Sequence record: HQ641380.1
Length of the DNA: 59,080 nucleotides
Direction: 5' to 3' (one strand)
Origin: Enterobacter phage EcP1
Shown: positions 1-8,452 of the stretch, piece by piece
Layout of the letters: every line of letters begins with the position of its first letter
Position numbering within the stretch: the stretch's first letter is position 1
Notes under the pieces: generated by a model
The model's input: only the letters and a program-made list of their open reading frames with translations
The model's database searches: none
What the model was told of the DNA's origin: nothing
Position numbers and translations under genes: made by a program

Positions 1-27
1 ATTCCCTTTATTTTTTTGTAGGCTCAT

Positions 28-210
28 ATGATTGATATCACTAAATTGATAGTAATAATAAACAGTTTAGATACTGAAACTAAAACCAATATATGCGCAT
101 CAGTATATTGCTTTAAAGGTATAAATTGTGATGCTTGCCCATTAACTAATTTATACGAAAAAGAGGAATTGGATGAATGGTATAGTAGAAGTAATAATAA
201 GCTTAAGTGA
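28..210 (+). CDS. small Cys-motif protein, paralog family member 1 (C..C..NCxxCPL)
   Basis: 60 aa ORF; shares the C...C...NCDACPL motif with downstream paralogs; 3' end overlaps the next member and may carry a frameshift (no YGD tail). Confidence 0.4.
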   Translation: MIDITKLIVIINSLDTETKTNICASVYCFKGINCDACPLTNLYEKEELDEWYSRSNNKLK

Positions 211-361
211 GTATTCTAAAATAGAAGTACCAAGATTATGTCATGAAACTGGTTGTGATGAAGACACCGATAAATTACTTAATTGTGTTAATTGTCCTTT
301 AAGTTCTACTAAATTAATTAAGCATAATATTAAATTATTTTATGGGGATAATAATGAATAA
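173..361 (+). CDS. small four-Cys protein, paralog family member 2
   Basis: 62 aa; CHETGC...NCVNCPL...YGDNNE; stop overlaps the next MNNI start. Confidence 0.45.
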   Translation: MNGIVEVIISLSEYSKIEVPRLCHETGCDEDTDKLLNCVNCPLSSTKLIKHNIKLFYGDNNE

Positions 362-533
362 TATACTACTAATAGCTATTAATATGAATATTTTAAAAAA
401 TAAACATAAAAGTAAGCTATGTTTAAAAATTAATCAATGCATTCCTGATGAAATAAATTGTGAATCTTGCCCTTTTTTGTCAATGTCTGCTAACACAGAA
501 TTTAAAAAATCTTATGGTGACGAAAATGATTAA
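354..533 (+). CDS. small four-Cys protein, paralog family member 3
   Basis: MNNILL start; LCLKINQC...NCESCPF...SYGDEND; the track ORF start at 342 probably arises from an ATG inside the preceding YGD codons. Confidence 0.45.
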   Translation: MNNILLIAINMNILKNKHKSKLCLKINQCIPDEINCESCPFLSMSANTEFKKSYGDEND

Positions 534-726
534 AATTATCCTATCTTTTATTCTCTTGTTCTTTTGCTTTGGTTTATTTTCATTGTTCGTATCATCTGTG
601 AACCAAGAGAGAAATAACTATCGTATTCAAGGTGAATGTATAGCTAATTATATTAGTTCTGGTGTGGAGAGATCTGATATAGAATTAGTAGGGGCTACAG
701 GATGCAGAATAACATCTATCAAATAA
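526..726 (+). CDS. small membrane or secreted protein
   Basis: Internal ATG overlapping the stop of the previous gene (ATGA); hydrophobic N-terminus IILSFILLFFCFGLFSLFVSSV. Confidence 0.35.
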   Translation: MIKIILSFILLFFCFGLFSLFVSSVNQERNNYRIQGECIANYISSGVERSDIELVGATGCRITSIK

Positions 727-905
727 TTAGATCTATGTTTGATAACAATGGGTTATGTGAATATATACTACTTAAGTATGAAGATGCAAAATTCCCTGGA
801 TTAAAGGTATCTTGTCAAAAAATACGATGTACTAATTGTCCCCTTTATCATCAATCAGTTAGTTTCATTAAAAAATATGGTGACTGCAATGACCAATCTG
901 TTTGA
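702..905 (+). CDS. small four-Cys protein, paralog family member 4
   Basis: MQNNIYQII...C...C...CTNCPL...KKYGD; the YGD region overlaps the start of the next gene as in the other members. Confidence 0.45.
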   Translation: MQNNIYQIIRSMFDNNGLCEYILLKYEDAKFPGLKVSCQKIRCTNCPLYHQSVSFIKKYGDCNDQSV

Positions 906-1719
906 AACTCAAAAGTTAATTGAAGTAATGTACAACAAAAATCAGGAATATGATTTGGTTTCAAGAGACTTCATTAATGAACCAGAATTAATGAAAGTAG
1001 TGAATCAAGAGAATGAATTAGGATTACCACCTGAATTCTTCCTTGATATTCTGGTTAAGATGGCAGTACAGACTGATGTGCTCATTGATACATTATTAGG
1101 TCAGTTAGTTAAATACGCTCCTGATGATCTGTCTCTATTGGCTCAGGGTATTGTACTTGCTGCTGAACGTGACTTAATTAACATGAGTGTACGATTTGGT
1201 AAAATAGCAATTACAGCTATATACGTAGTAGACCACAAAACCAGATCTATTATTAAACAATATCAGTATATGCTACCTATGCTGGTTCAGCCTAAAGAGG
1301 TTACAAGTAATATAGGTAGTGGTTATCTGACTAAAACAGATGATTCACTTATCCTGAAAAACAATCATCATGATGGTGATATAGCTCTGGATTCTATCAA
1401 CAAGTTTAACTCTATTCCATTGGCTCTCAATGAACGTGTCATACGCAACATCAGAGACACCAGAAAGAGTTTATCCAAGCCAAAGGAAGATGAGTCTATC
1501 GAAGACTGGAAAGAGCGTGTAGCGGACTTTGAGCGCATGGAAAAGGAATCTATGAACGTGTTTGCAGTTATGATTAATAACGGTAACAGATTCTATCTTA
1601 CCCATAAAGTTGATAAACGTGGGAGGACTTATGCACAGGGTTATCACATATCTTATCAAGGAAATACTTATCGCAAGGCTGTAATAGAATTAGCAGATAA
1701 GGAATTGATAGATGAATAA
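877..1719 (+). CDS. N4-like RNA polymerase II small subunit (gp15-like)
   Basis: 280 aa, the size of N4 RNAPII p4; lies upstream of the 402 aa T7-like catalytic subunit; the true start may be the second ATG at 889. Confidence 0.55.
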   Translation: MVTAMTNLFETQKLIEVMYNKNQEYDLVSRDFINEPELMKVVNQENELGLPPEFFLDILVKMAVQTDVLIDTLLGQLVKYAPDDLSLLAQGIVLAAERDLINMSVRFGKIAITAIYVVDHKTRSIIKQYQYMLPMLVQPKEVTSNIGSGYLTKTDDSLILKNNHHDGDIALDSINKFNSIPLALNERVIRNIRDTRKSLSKPKEDESIEDWKERVADFERMEKESMNVFAVMINNGNRFYLTHKVDKRGRTYAQGYHISYQGNTYRKAVIELADKELIDE

Positions 1720-1918
1720 TATAAATAAAGTTTTGTATTCATTAATAGATTCACCAATTCACAATTTATGCGATAATAATGGTAAAAATGAAGCTACTTT
1801 AACTTGCGAACTTATAAGACCTTTTATTAACATAAATTGTTCTCAATGCCCATTATGCAATACTTTTCCCACCACTAGAGAATCAATTGATAAAATGAGG
1901 ATTAAGTATAATGAATAA
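1712..1918 (+). CDS. small four-Cys protein, paralog family member 5
   Basis: MNNINKVLYSL...C...C...NCSQCPLC; overlaps the next MNNI start. Confidence 0.45.
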   Translation: MNNINKVLYSLIDSPIHNLCDNNGKNEATLTCELIRPFININCSQCPLCNTFPTTRESIDKMRIKYNE

Positions 1919-2099
1919 TATCACCATTATATTAAATTCCATGGAATCTGATACGGATATATGTACAGAATTTCATAAGAAATTCCCTGAATGTATAAAC
2001 TTTGATTGCTATAATTGCCCATTATCTAAATGGGGAACTTATAAAACTATAGACGATTTAAGATACGCTGAAAAATTTAACAGTATTTACGGAGATTAG
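1911..2099 (+). CDS. small four-Cys protein, paralog family member 6
   Basis: MNNITIILNSM...C...C...DCYNCPL...SIYGD. Confidence 0.45.
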   Translation: MNNITIILNSMESDTDICTEFHKKFPECINFDCYNCPLSKWGTYKTIDDLRYAEKFNSIYGD

Positions 2100-2100
2100 T

Positions 2101-2349
2101 ATGTCACTTAAACCTTATGAACAAACAGCTCGTATTATGGAATTACTTCGTGATATTCCAGATGAAGTTGAAAAACATTTCTGCTCTACATCGCCTGATT
2201 GCATGAAACAAGGTGGATGCTTCATTAAACCAGATGGAACCAGAGACAGAAGTAATTGTGCTTTATTCTCTGCTCCTGTTGAGGAGAATAATAAAGAGAT
2301 TGAAAAGCGGTATAAAACAAACTTACTTTTAGGAAGATTTAATGAATAA
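2101..2349 (+). CDS. hypothetical small Cys-containing protein
   Basis: 82 aa ORF with several Cys, ends ...RFNE; overlaps the next MNNI start; possibly a divergent relative of the array. Confidence 0.4.
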   Translation: MSLKPYEQTARIMELLRDIPDEVEKHFCSTSPDCMKQGGCFIKPDGTRDRSNCALFSAPVEENNKEIEKRYKTNLLLGRFNE

Positions 2350-2560
2350 TATTATAGATATTTTCTATGCTATATCAGAAAATCGCAGCGGAAGTCATAA
2401 CTATAAAGCTGCTATGTGCAATAAGGTATTAGCTTTAAGCTCAAAATTAGTTGATGAAACTAAGTGTGGTGTAAGCATCCATTGTTCAAACTGTGTATTC
2501 AATAATTCCAAAACAGATAATATTCCTAAGTTGCGTAAGCAGCTTAAGAAAATAGACTAA
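2342..2560 (+). CDS. small Cys-motif protein, paralog family member 7 (divergent)
   Basis: MNNIIDIFYAIS...C...C...HCSNCVF. Confidence 0.4.
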   Translation: MNNIIDIFYAISENRSGSHNYKAAMCNKVLALSSKLVDETKCGVSIHCSNCVFNNSKTDNIPKLRKQLKKID

Positions 2561-2587
2561 TCTTTAACTTTCAATGAGGAACCAGTA

Positions 2588-3796
2588 ATGCAAACATTTA
2601 CAGGTAAAGAGTATCTGAAAATTGATATCGCTAATAACTTTGGTTTAGATAAAAAGTTATTTCATGAGCGTATCGAATGGTTTGACAGTAACAAGTTCCG
2701 TCTCAAAGAACTGGTAAATGAAGCTGAGGAACCAGCATTATTCATGGCAGGTATGTTCGCTTATGAAGATATGATTCAGCGTAAACCTACCGGTTATACA
2801 GTAGCTATGGATGCATGCAGTTCAGGATTGCAGATTATGGCTGCTATCACAGGTTGTCGTGAAACAGCTAAGAATACAGGTCTGGTAGATCCTGATGTTC
2901 GTCCTGACGTATATACCACCGGTCATGAAGTTATGGCTACTATGATGGATATAGGTCAGTATCCGAGGCATATCCTGAAAGATGCCATCATGACCTATTT
3001 CTATGGTTCAGAAGCACGTCCTAAAGCAGCATTTGGAGAAGGTTCCAAAGAACTGGATGTATTCTTCCAAGTAATGAAGATCATCGCTCCTGCTGCATTT
3101 GTACTGCGTAATAGCCTGATAGAATTATGGCAACCAAATGTATTAAAACATTCATGGGTACTTCCTGATAACTTCCATGTTGAAATCAAAACAATGGTAG
3201 AAGTAGAGGAAGAAGTACATGTAAAACAATTAGGTATTGTATTCAAACAGAAGCGTAAAGTTAACAAAGGACAGGAGAAAGGATTACATCTGGCAGCTAA
3301 TACTATTCACAGTATTGATGCATTCGTTGTACGTGAGATGAACAGAAGATGTAATTATAACAGAGAATTAGTTCTTTCTCTTTTGGCTCTGCCTTGTACA
3401 GGACAAGGGTTAAACAGAAATGTAGACCATGCTCTGAGTGCTCTTATAAACTGCTATAAGGAGTCTAAGTTGTTATCTGTACGTTGTATCGATTATATCG
3501 ATATTCATAACTACGGTATGTTACCGGAAGAAATGAGAGAGGAATTAGAAAGTATCCTTAATGGTATGCTTAAGTATAAGCCTTTCCATTTGCTGACTGT
3601 ACATGATTGTTTCAGATGTCACCCTAATTACATGAATTGGGTACGACTGAATTATATTAAAATCTTCATGCAACTGGCGGACAGTGATATCTTGCAAGAC
3701 ATTGTTTCTCAGATTCGTGGAGTACCAACTGTAGTTAACAAAGTAACTAATGATCTGAGCAAGTACATTGCAAAGTCCAATTACATGTTAAGTTAA
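2588..3796 (+). CDS. N4-like RNA polymerase II catalytic subunit (T7-like single-subunit RNAP core, gp16-like)
   Basis: 402 aa; T7-RNAP-like motif A (VAMDACSSGLQIM), motif B (KDAIMTYFYGS) and motif C (LTVHDCF). Confidence 0.8.
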   Translation: MQTFTGKEYLKIDIANNFGLDKKLFHERIEWFDSNKFRLKELVNEAEEPALFMAGMFAYEDMIQRKPTGYTVAMDACSSGLQIMAAITGCRETAKNTGLVDPDVRPDVYTTGHEVMATMMDIGQYPRHILKDAIMTYFYGSEARPKAAFGEGSKELDVFFQVMKIIAPAAFVLRNSLIELWQPNVLKHSWVLPDNFHVEIKTMVEVEEEVHVKQLGIVFKQKRKVNKGQEKGLHLAANTIHSIDAFVVREMNRRCNYNRELVLSLLALPCTGQGLNRNVDHALSALINCYKESKLLSVRCIDYIDIHNYGMLPEEMREELESILNGMLKYKPFHLLTVHDCFRCHPNYMNWVRLNYIKIFMQLADSDILQDIVSQIRGVPTVVNKVTNDLSKYIAKSNYMLS

Positions 3797-3802
3797 CAAA
3801 CA

Positions 3803-3831
3803 AAGCCAACCTTAGGGTTGGCTTATTTTTT
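3803..3831 (+). terminator. rho-independent terminator after the RNAPII gene
   Basis: AAGCCAACC-TTAG-GGTTGGCTT hairpin followed by ATTTTTTT. Confidence 0.7.
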
Positions 3832-3870
3832 AGGACGAAGACAGACTAAATTAATCTGAGGAATATAAAT

Positions 3871-4143
3871 ATGTGTGATTGTAGCAAAATAGTTTTAGAA
3901 AAAGTTGTTAATAAAATGAAATCAGAACTTACAAAAGGTTCTGTAGTTACTGTAAATCCTTATTGGGATAGCATGTCTCTGGTATCTATAAACGGAGTAT
4001 TTACTTCACGACTTTCTTTAAAAATAAGCGGGCGATATCGTAAAGGTAAAAAAGACGGTTCAACATCTATTACAGAAAGTAAACTAGACACCGCAGTATT
4101 ACCTTCATATTGTCCTTTCTGTGGCGTCAAGTATCCTAAATAA
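3871..4143 (+). CDS. zinc-ribbon-like small protein
   Basis: 90 aa; N-terminal CDC and C-terminal CPFCG. Confidence 0.4.
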   Translation: MCDCSKIVLEKVVNKMKSELTKGSVVTVNPYWDSMSLVSINGVFTSRLSLKISGRYRKGKKDGSTSITESKLDTAVLPSYCPFCGVKYPK

Positions 4144-4158
4144 TTTGGAGAACTAATT

Positions 4159-4353
4159 ATGATGTATATAGTTGCAGAAGCGCAATCACGATGGAGTGAT
4201 GATAAAAAATGTGTAGAGCATTTAGCACGTAAAGTAGTGCAAGTATGCAGAACTGAAAATGAAGCAGATCAGTGTGAATTTTTATGTAGTCAGGTAAATC
4301 CTGATATTAAATACATCGTTATAAACAGCCATCAGATAGGGGTATGGGTATGA
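4159..4353 (+). CDS. hypothetical protein
   Basis: 64 aa ORF in a same-strand gene string with an RBS. Confidence 0.3.
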   Translation: MMYIVAEAQSRWSDDKKCVEHLARKVVQVCRTENEADQCEFLCSQVNPDIKYIVINSHQIGVWV

Positions 4354-4613
4354 CATACAGAAAGCCTTTAGTAATTGTATTAGGTAATGGCGATAAAATG
4401 ATTTCTGATGTGGATACAGATATCGGATATTCCGGAATTTCTATAGCCACTTTAGTTAATCCAGTAGGTATTGGTGAAGAAGTAATTCACGAATCTCAAA
4501 AATTTACCGATGATTTTGATACAGAATTAATTATTTATTCCGATTCAGTTAAATCATTAGAAGTGTTAAAAGCCGCTGTTAACAGAGCCATAGAAACATT
4601 GGAGTCAAAATGA
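4344..4613 (+). CDS. hypothetical protein
   Basis: 89 aa ORF; start/stop overlaps with neighbours. Confidence 0.35.
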   Translation: MGMTYRKPLVIVLGNGDKMISDVDTDIGYSGISIATLVNPVGIGEEVIHESQKFTDDFDTELIIYSDSVKSLEVLKAAVNRAIETLESK

Positions 4614-4981
4614 ACAAATATCGTGACAAATCAGACTTTGAGATTAATAAGGCTGTGGCTGAATGTAAATATGGCATTGGATGTACAGGGAAAACTCAAG
4701 GGGGCGATGTCATAGTATTCACTGACAGTTTTACTGCTATTTTTGACCCATGCAACAACCCGGCGGACGCAATGCCAATTGTTATTGAAAACAATATCGA
4801 CCTTTTAAATGGTGATAATGTATCGCCTGATTTATTTGGTCATCATAGTGCGTATACATTGTTTAATTTTAGCCGACCAATAGCATCCGATTCATTAAAA
4901 GAAAGCAAAACTATTTATAGATTAGCTATGGAAGTATTCCTGATGATGGAGGGTGCAGAAAATGCTGGAAAACAATCCTAA
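4610..4981 (+). CDS. hypothetical protein with EINKAVA / DPCNN motifs (paralog of 8001..8297)
   Basis: Shares the EINKAVA and FDPCNNPADA motifs with ORF 8001..8297. Confidence 0.45.
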   Translation: MNKYRDKSDFEINKAVAECKYGIGCTGKTQGGDVIVFTDSFTAIFDPCNNPADAMPIVIENNIDLLNGDNVSPDLFGHHSAYTLFNFSRPIASDSLKESKTIYRLAMEVFLMMEGAENAGKQS

Positions 4982-5414
4982 AGTATTATTGCAAATGGCT
5001 GAGATTCTTAAACAAGAATCTAAGTGCGTAAAACACGCTGTGGCATGTTTAATTGTCAAAGGTAATACAATCATAGGTAATGGAGTAAATGGTACTCCTG
5101 CTGGGTACAAGAACTGCTGTGAAGTATTCAGTAAAGATACTGTACATCAGGAACCAGAGAGAACCAAACACAGAGAGTGGTCATTGATTAATGAACTTCA
5201 TGCAGAAGAAAATGCATTGATTAATGCTACTCAGAATGTACATGGTGCTGTATGGGCTATTACCAGACCACCATGTATTCATTGCCAGAAAAAGATAGCA
5301 GCAACCAATCCGAAGAAAGTCTACATCTTAAATAGTACAGGTATTAATCTGATTAAATTAGGAGGTGTTTTCTCTTTTGGTTCTGTCCCTTACGAAGTAT
5401 TTACAGGAATTTAA
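4962..5414 (+). CDS. dCMP (deoxycytidylate) deaminase
   Basis: HAEENAL (HxE) and PCIHCQKK (PCxxC) zinc-binding deaminase motifs; start chosen after the GGAGGG RBS. Confidence 0.75.
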   Translation: MLENNPKVLLQMAEILKQESKCVKHAVACLIVKGNTIIGNGVNGTPAGYKNCCEVFSKDTVHQEPERTKHREWSLINELHAEENALINATQNVHGAVWAITRPPCIHCQKKIAATNPKKVYILNSTGINLIKLGGVFSFGSVPYEVFTGI

Positions 5415-5415
5415 A

Positions 5416-5691
5416 ATGATCAAATCAATCATATTAATGCTTGCAGCCATATTATTAGTTGGATGCAGCGAGTTAAAAGAAGGCGATGCATTAAATATCT
5501 TCCACGATAATAATCGTTATGTAACTTGTTATGTTTACAAATCAGGCTATGCTGGTGGTATTTCATGCATACCAGACGATCAATTACCTGATCCCGAAAG
5601 TTGTGTACCGGGAACTAAAAACAAATCAGAAAACAGTGAATTTCCTGATTCATGTGTATCATTTAAAAATAAATATACAGATTTTTATTAA
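5416..5691 (+). CDS. putative lipoprotein
   Basis: MIKSIILMLAAILLVGC: signal peptide with an LVGC lipobox. Confidence 0.5.
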   Translation: MIKSIILMLAAILLVGCSELKEGDALNIFHDNNRYVTCYVYKSGYAGGISCIPDDQLPDPESCVPGTKNKSENSEFPDSCVSFKNKYTDFY

Positions 5692-5699
5692 GGTGAATT

Positions 5700-5879
5700 A
5701 TGGGAAAGTTACAGTTAGGATTTTCACCATTAACTAAAACTATTCAACTGGCAAGAATGAAAAATTTAGGAAATGGTGTGAAAGTCCGAGAAGGTAATAC
5801 ACCACCGAGAGATGTAACTAACGAAGCTGCACAATTGGTATGGCAATTAGTTATTGCAGAAGGTGGAACAATTCAATGA
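5700..5879 (+). CDS. hypothetical 59 aa protein (absent from the ORF track because it is under 60 aa)
   Basis: AGGTGA RBS 3 nt upstream of the ATG; fills an otherwise non-coding gap. Confidence 0.3.
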   Translation: MGKLQLGFSPLTKTIQLARMKNLGNGVKVREGNTPPRDVTNEAAQLVWQLVIAEGGTIQ

Positions 5880-5948
5880 GCAGAAAGAAAATGGTGAAAT
5901 TATGGAACTTTCTGCCAAATTAATAAAACCTTAAATACGGGGTGTACC

Positions 5949-6239
5949 ATGACTATTCATAAATGTTGGGCTTTTACTGAAAATGCTCAACAAAAATCAA
6001 AAGAAAATTCTGAAGAATATTCTAAAATTAAACATTTACGTAGTAAAGAACATATGGAATTTACTACATCCCCTCAGTATGCACATACCACTTTCCGTGG
6101 AAAACTTATTTCAGAAGAAGCTAAGAAATTAACTTCTGATGAAATTCTCTTAATCATGGATTCAGGAAATCTTTGCTTTGGTGGTGAATGCCGCAAAGGT
6201 AATGATGGCACATTCGCAGGAAGTTATAATACGGATTAA
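5949..6239 (+). CDS. hypothetical protein
   Basis: 96 aa ORF with a GGGG RBS. Confidence 0.4.
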   Translation: MTIHKCWAFTENAQQKSKENSEEYSKIKHLRSKEHMEFTTSPQYAHTTFRGKLISEEAKKLTSDEILLIMDSGNLCFGGECRKGNDGTFAGSYNTD

Positions 6240-6241
6240 AT

Positions 6242-6451
6242 ATGAATTTATTTGAACCAAATAAGAAAGTACATATTAACTTTACAGGTATGGATAGCAA
6301 TATCTTTTACCTTGAAGGCATGTGGGCTAAACATGCTCGTATGCAAGGCTGGTCACAGGAAGATATTGAAAAAGTATTGAACCATGTGAACCAACAGAAA
6401 AATTATAATGCAGCTGTAAAAGCATTATTAGATCACTCCAAAAAGGATTGA
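6242..6451 (+). CDS. hypothetical protein
   Basis: 69 aa ORF, tightly packed. Confidence 0.35.
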   Translation: MNLFEPNKKVHINFTGMDSNIFYLEGMWAKHARMQGWSQEDIEKVLNHVNQQKNYNAAVKALLDHSKKD

Positions 6452-7083
6452 AAATGAACGAAAAGAAAATGTTACTCGCCCATATTTTATCTTCACTGGT
6501 GCGTACCGGAAGTGTACCAACTCAACACGATTGGAACACTGCAATGAAATATGTAGACGATGTATTTTCAGGAACTGAAAAAGAAGTAAAAGTACTTTGT
6601 CTGCATACTGATCCTAAAAAGATGTTCACTAAAGGCACTGAGAAATCAGCAGCATTTGATCTGTTCGCTTATATGGTAGCTCAAGAACATACTGAAGTAG
6701 CTGAAGAATCAGTTGATGGTGTAACACCATTAAATATTGTTATTCAGCCAGGTGAAGTAGTAGAAGTAGATACCGGTATTCGTATTGATATGTCCGGTGA
6801 TTCTGCTTTAGCTTTTATCATGGCCCCTCGTTCAGGTGCCGGAACCAAAGGATTAGTATTAGGCAATGCTATTGGTTTAGTTGATAATGATTATACCGGT
6901 ATTCTTAAACTTCAGATGTGGAACCGCACAGACGAAGTAATTAAATATAGCTGGGAAAAAGCTGTAGCTCAGGGGTTCTTCATTGAAGTACCTAAAGTTA
7001 AACCTGTTTTTGTGAGTTCTATCGATGAGTTCGAAAAAACGGAACGTGGTTCAGAAGGTTTCGGAAGCACGGATAATCCATAA
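6448..7083 (+). CDS. dut: dUTP diphosphatase (trimeric dUTPase) with an N-terminal extension
   Basis: AAFDLFA motif and PRSGAGTKGLVLGNAIGLVDNDYTGIL (dUTPase motif III); about 45 extra N-terminal residues. Confidence 0.7.
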   Translation: MKMNEKKMLLAHILSSLVRTGSVPTQHDWNTAMKYVDDVFSGTEKEVKVLCLHTDPKKMFTKGTEKSAAFDLFAYMVAQEHTEVAEESVDGVTPLNIVIQPGEVVEVDTGIRIDMSGDSALAFIMAPRSGAGTKGLVLGNAIGLVDNDYTGILKLQMWNRTDEVIKYSWEKAVAQGFFIEVPKVKPVFVSSIDEFEKTERGSEGFGSTDNP

Positions 7084-7224
7084 AGAGTGGGTATTGTATA
7101 AAGGTCAGGAATCACTGGCTCAATGGCAAACTCATAAAGGAAAGATTGCAGTTTTAATTAATAAAGTATTTGTAGGCTTTGTTAAAGAAAACAAATCTTT
7201 CGACTTTTATCTGAAATTAGTTTA

Positions 7225-7250
7225 AGCCGGATTATTCCGGCTTTATTTTT
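7225..7250 (+). terminator. rho-independent terminator
   Basis: AGCCGG-ATTATT-CCGGCT hairpin followed by TTATTTTT. Confidence 0.6.
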
Positions 7251-7262
7251 AAGGAAAACATT

Positions 7263-7523
7263 ATGGCAACTGAGATATCAATAGCTAAGTTATCTTATGC
7301 TGGTGTGGATTATTGGGACAGAAGGGTATTTGCTTATTCTGGAGCATCTGACGGAAAGACACGTTACCTTTGTACTGTAGATATACTACATGATGGTAGT
7401 TCATCTAATGAAGTAATGGAACAGCTTAAATCTGCTGTAGGTCAGACAGGCTATTTATACACTAAAAGCCCTCAGACAGACTTTGAAGGTGAACCTAATT
7501 TTGCTATTAAATTGGTGGAATAA
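7263..7523 (+). CDS. hypothetical protein
   Basis: 86 aa ORF with an RBS. Confidence 0.4.
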   Translation: MATEISIAKLSYAGVDYWDRRVFAYSGASDGKTRYLCTVDILHDGSSSNEVMEQLKSAVGQTGYLYTKSPQTDFEGEPNFAIKLVE

Positions 7524-7525
7524 AT

Positions 7526-8008
7526 ATGAAAGAAAATCGTTTAGTTCAAGGATGGGGCAATACCTGTCCTCAATGTGATCATGATGATGCTACAGTTAAA
7601 ACTGAGCATACTAATCCAATTGGTTATATAAACACTGAAGATAAAGCAGTATGTAATTACTGCGGGTTAGAAGGTGAAGTTGATTCTGATGGTGATGCAG
7701 CATGGATTACATGGCAGGAACCAGAAGATAAACAAACTGATTTGTATCATGCTTCTGTAATTAACGCAGAGGTAGTTCAGTTTACTGGTTCAACTACATC
7801 CGGTAATGCTATTCAGTATTGGGTAGAAAAAGGTGAATACATAAATCGCAGTATTCATACTTGTGATATTCGTGTATACGCTTTTGATTTACCTAACGGC
7901 GATAAGCTGGTAATGCAACCGCAGGACTATATTATCAAGCTTTCTGATAAAAACTTTGTAGCTGTCAGTCCTACTGTGTTTAATAAATTATTTAATAAGG
8001 TTGGTTGA
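7526..8008 (+). CDS. zinc-ribbon domain protein (possibly Lar-related N-terminus)
   Basis: TCPQCDHD...CNYCG four-Cys ribbon, then AAWITW. Confidence 0.4.
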   Translation: MKENRLVQGWGNTCPQCDHDDATVKTEHTNPIGYINTEDKAVCNYCGLEGEVDSDGDAAWITWQEPEDKQTDLYHASVINAEVVQFTGSTTSGNAIQYWVEKGEYINRSIHTCDIRVYAFDLPNGDKLVMQPQDYIIKLSDKNFVAVSPTVFNKLFNKVG

Positions 8009-8297
8009 AATGTCAGTTGAATATGAAATCAATAAAGCAGTGGCGCTTAAGTTTGGTATAGAGCACAGGGTCAATGATCTGGTTGGTGTTGTTTCAGCTG
8101 ATAGGTATAGGAAGTGTTACTATGATCCATGCAACAACGCGCAGCAGGCGTGGGAGATTATGCTTGCTAACAATATTTGTGTTTTAAATGTAGGTGATAA
8201 TTACGTTGCTTTTAATGTAAAAGGTAAAAGTGTAGACAGGCATAAGTTAGATGCAAAACCATTCGTAGCAGCAATGCTTTTATTCCTGGAGATCTGA
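8001..8297 (+). CDS. hypothetical protein with EINKAVA / DPCNN motifs (paralog of 4610..4981)
   Basis: YEINKAVA and YDPCNNAQQAW motifs shared with ORF 4610..4981. Confidence 0.45.
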   Translation: MVEMSVEYEINKAVALKFGIEHRVNDLVGVVSADRYRKCYYDPCNNAQQAWEIMLANNICVLNVGDNYVAFNVKGKSVDRHKLDAKPFVAAMLLFLEI

Positions 8298-8452
8298 AAA
8301 TGAATATTGTACGACGGGACAAGTAAAGTAGCTGAAAAGTTAGGCTGTCCGGAAGATTTGGTAAATCTGTCTAATGATGTTTTAGTAATGTAATTCCCAT
8401 TTGATTAAGCAGAATATATACTCTTGTTGAACCAATAACAGGAGTATATGAA

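Noticed and set aside
1471-3267. Minus-strand ORFs 1471..1659 and 3001..3267 inside the RNAPII genes
   Set aside because: Antisense to genes with conserved polymerase motifs.
7025-7225. 66 aa ORF overlapping the dUTPase 3' end and ending at the terminator
   Set aside because: Starts 59 nt inside the dUTPase in another frame with no clear RBS. Possible, but unsupported.
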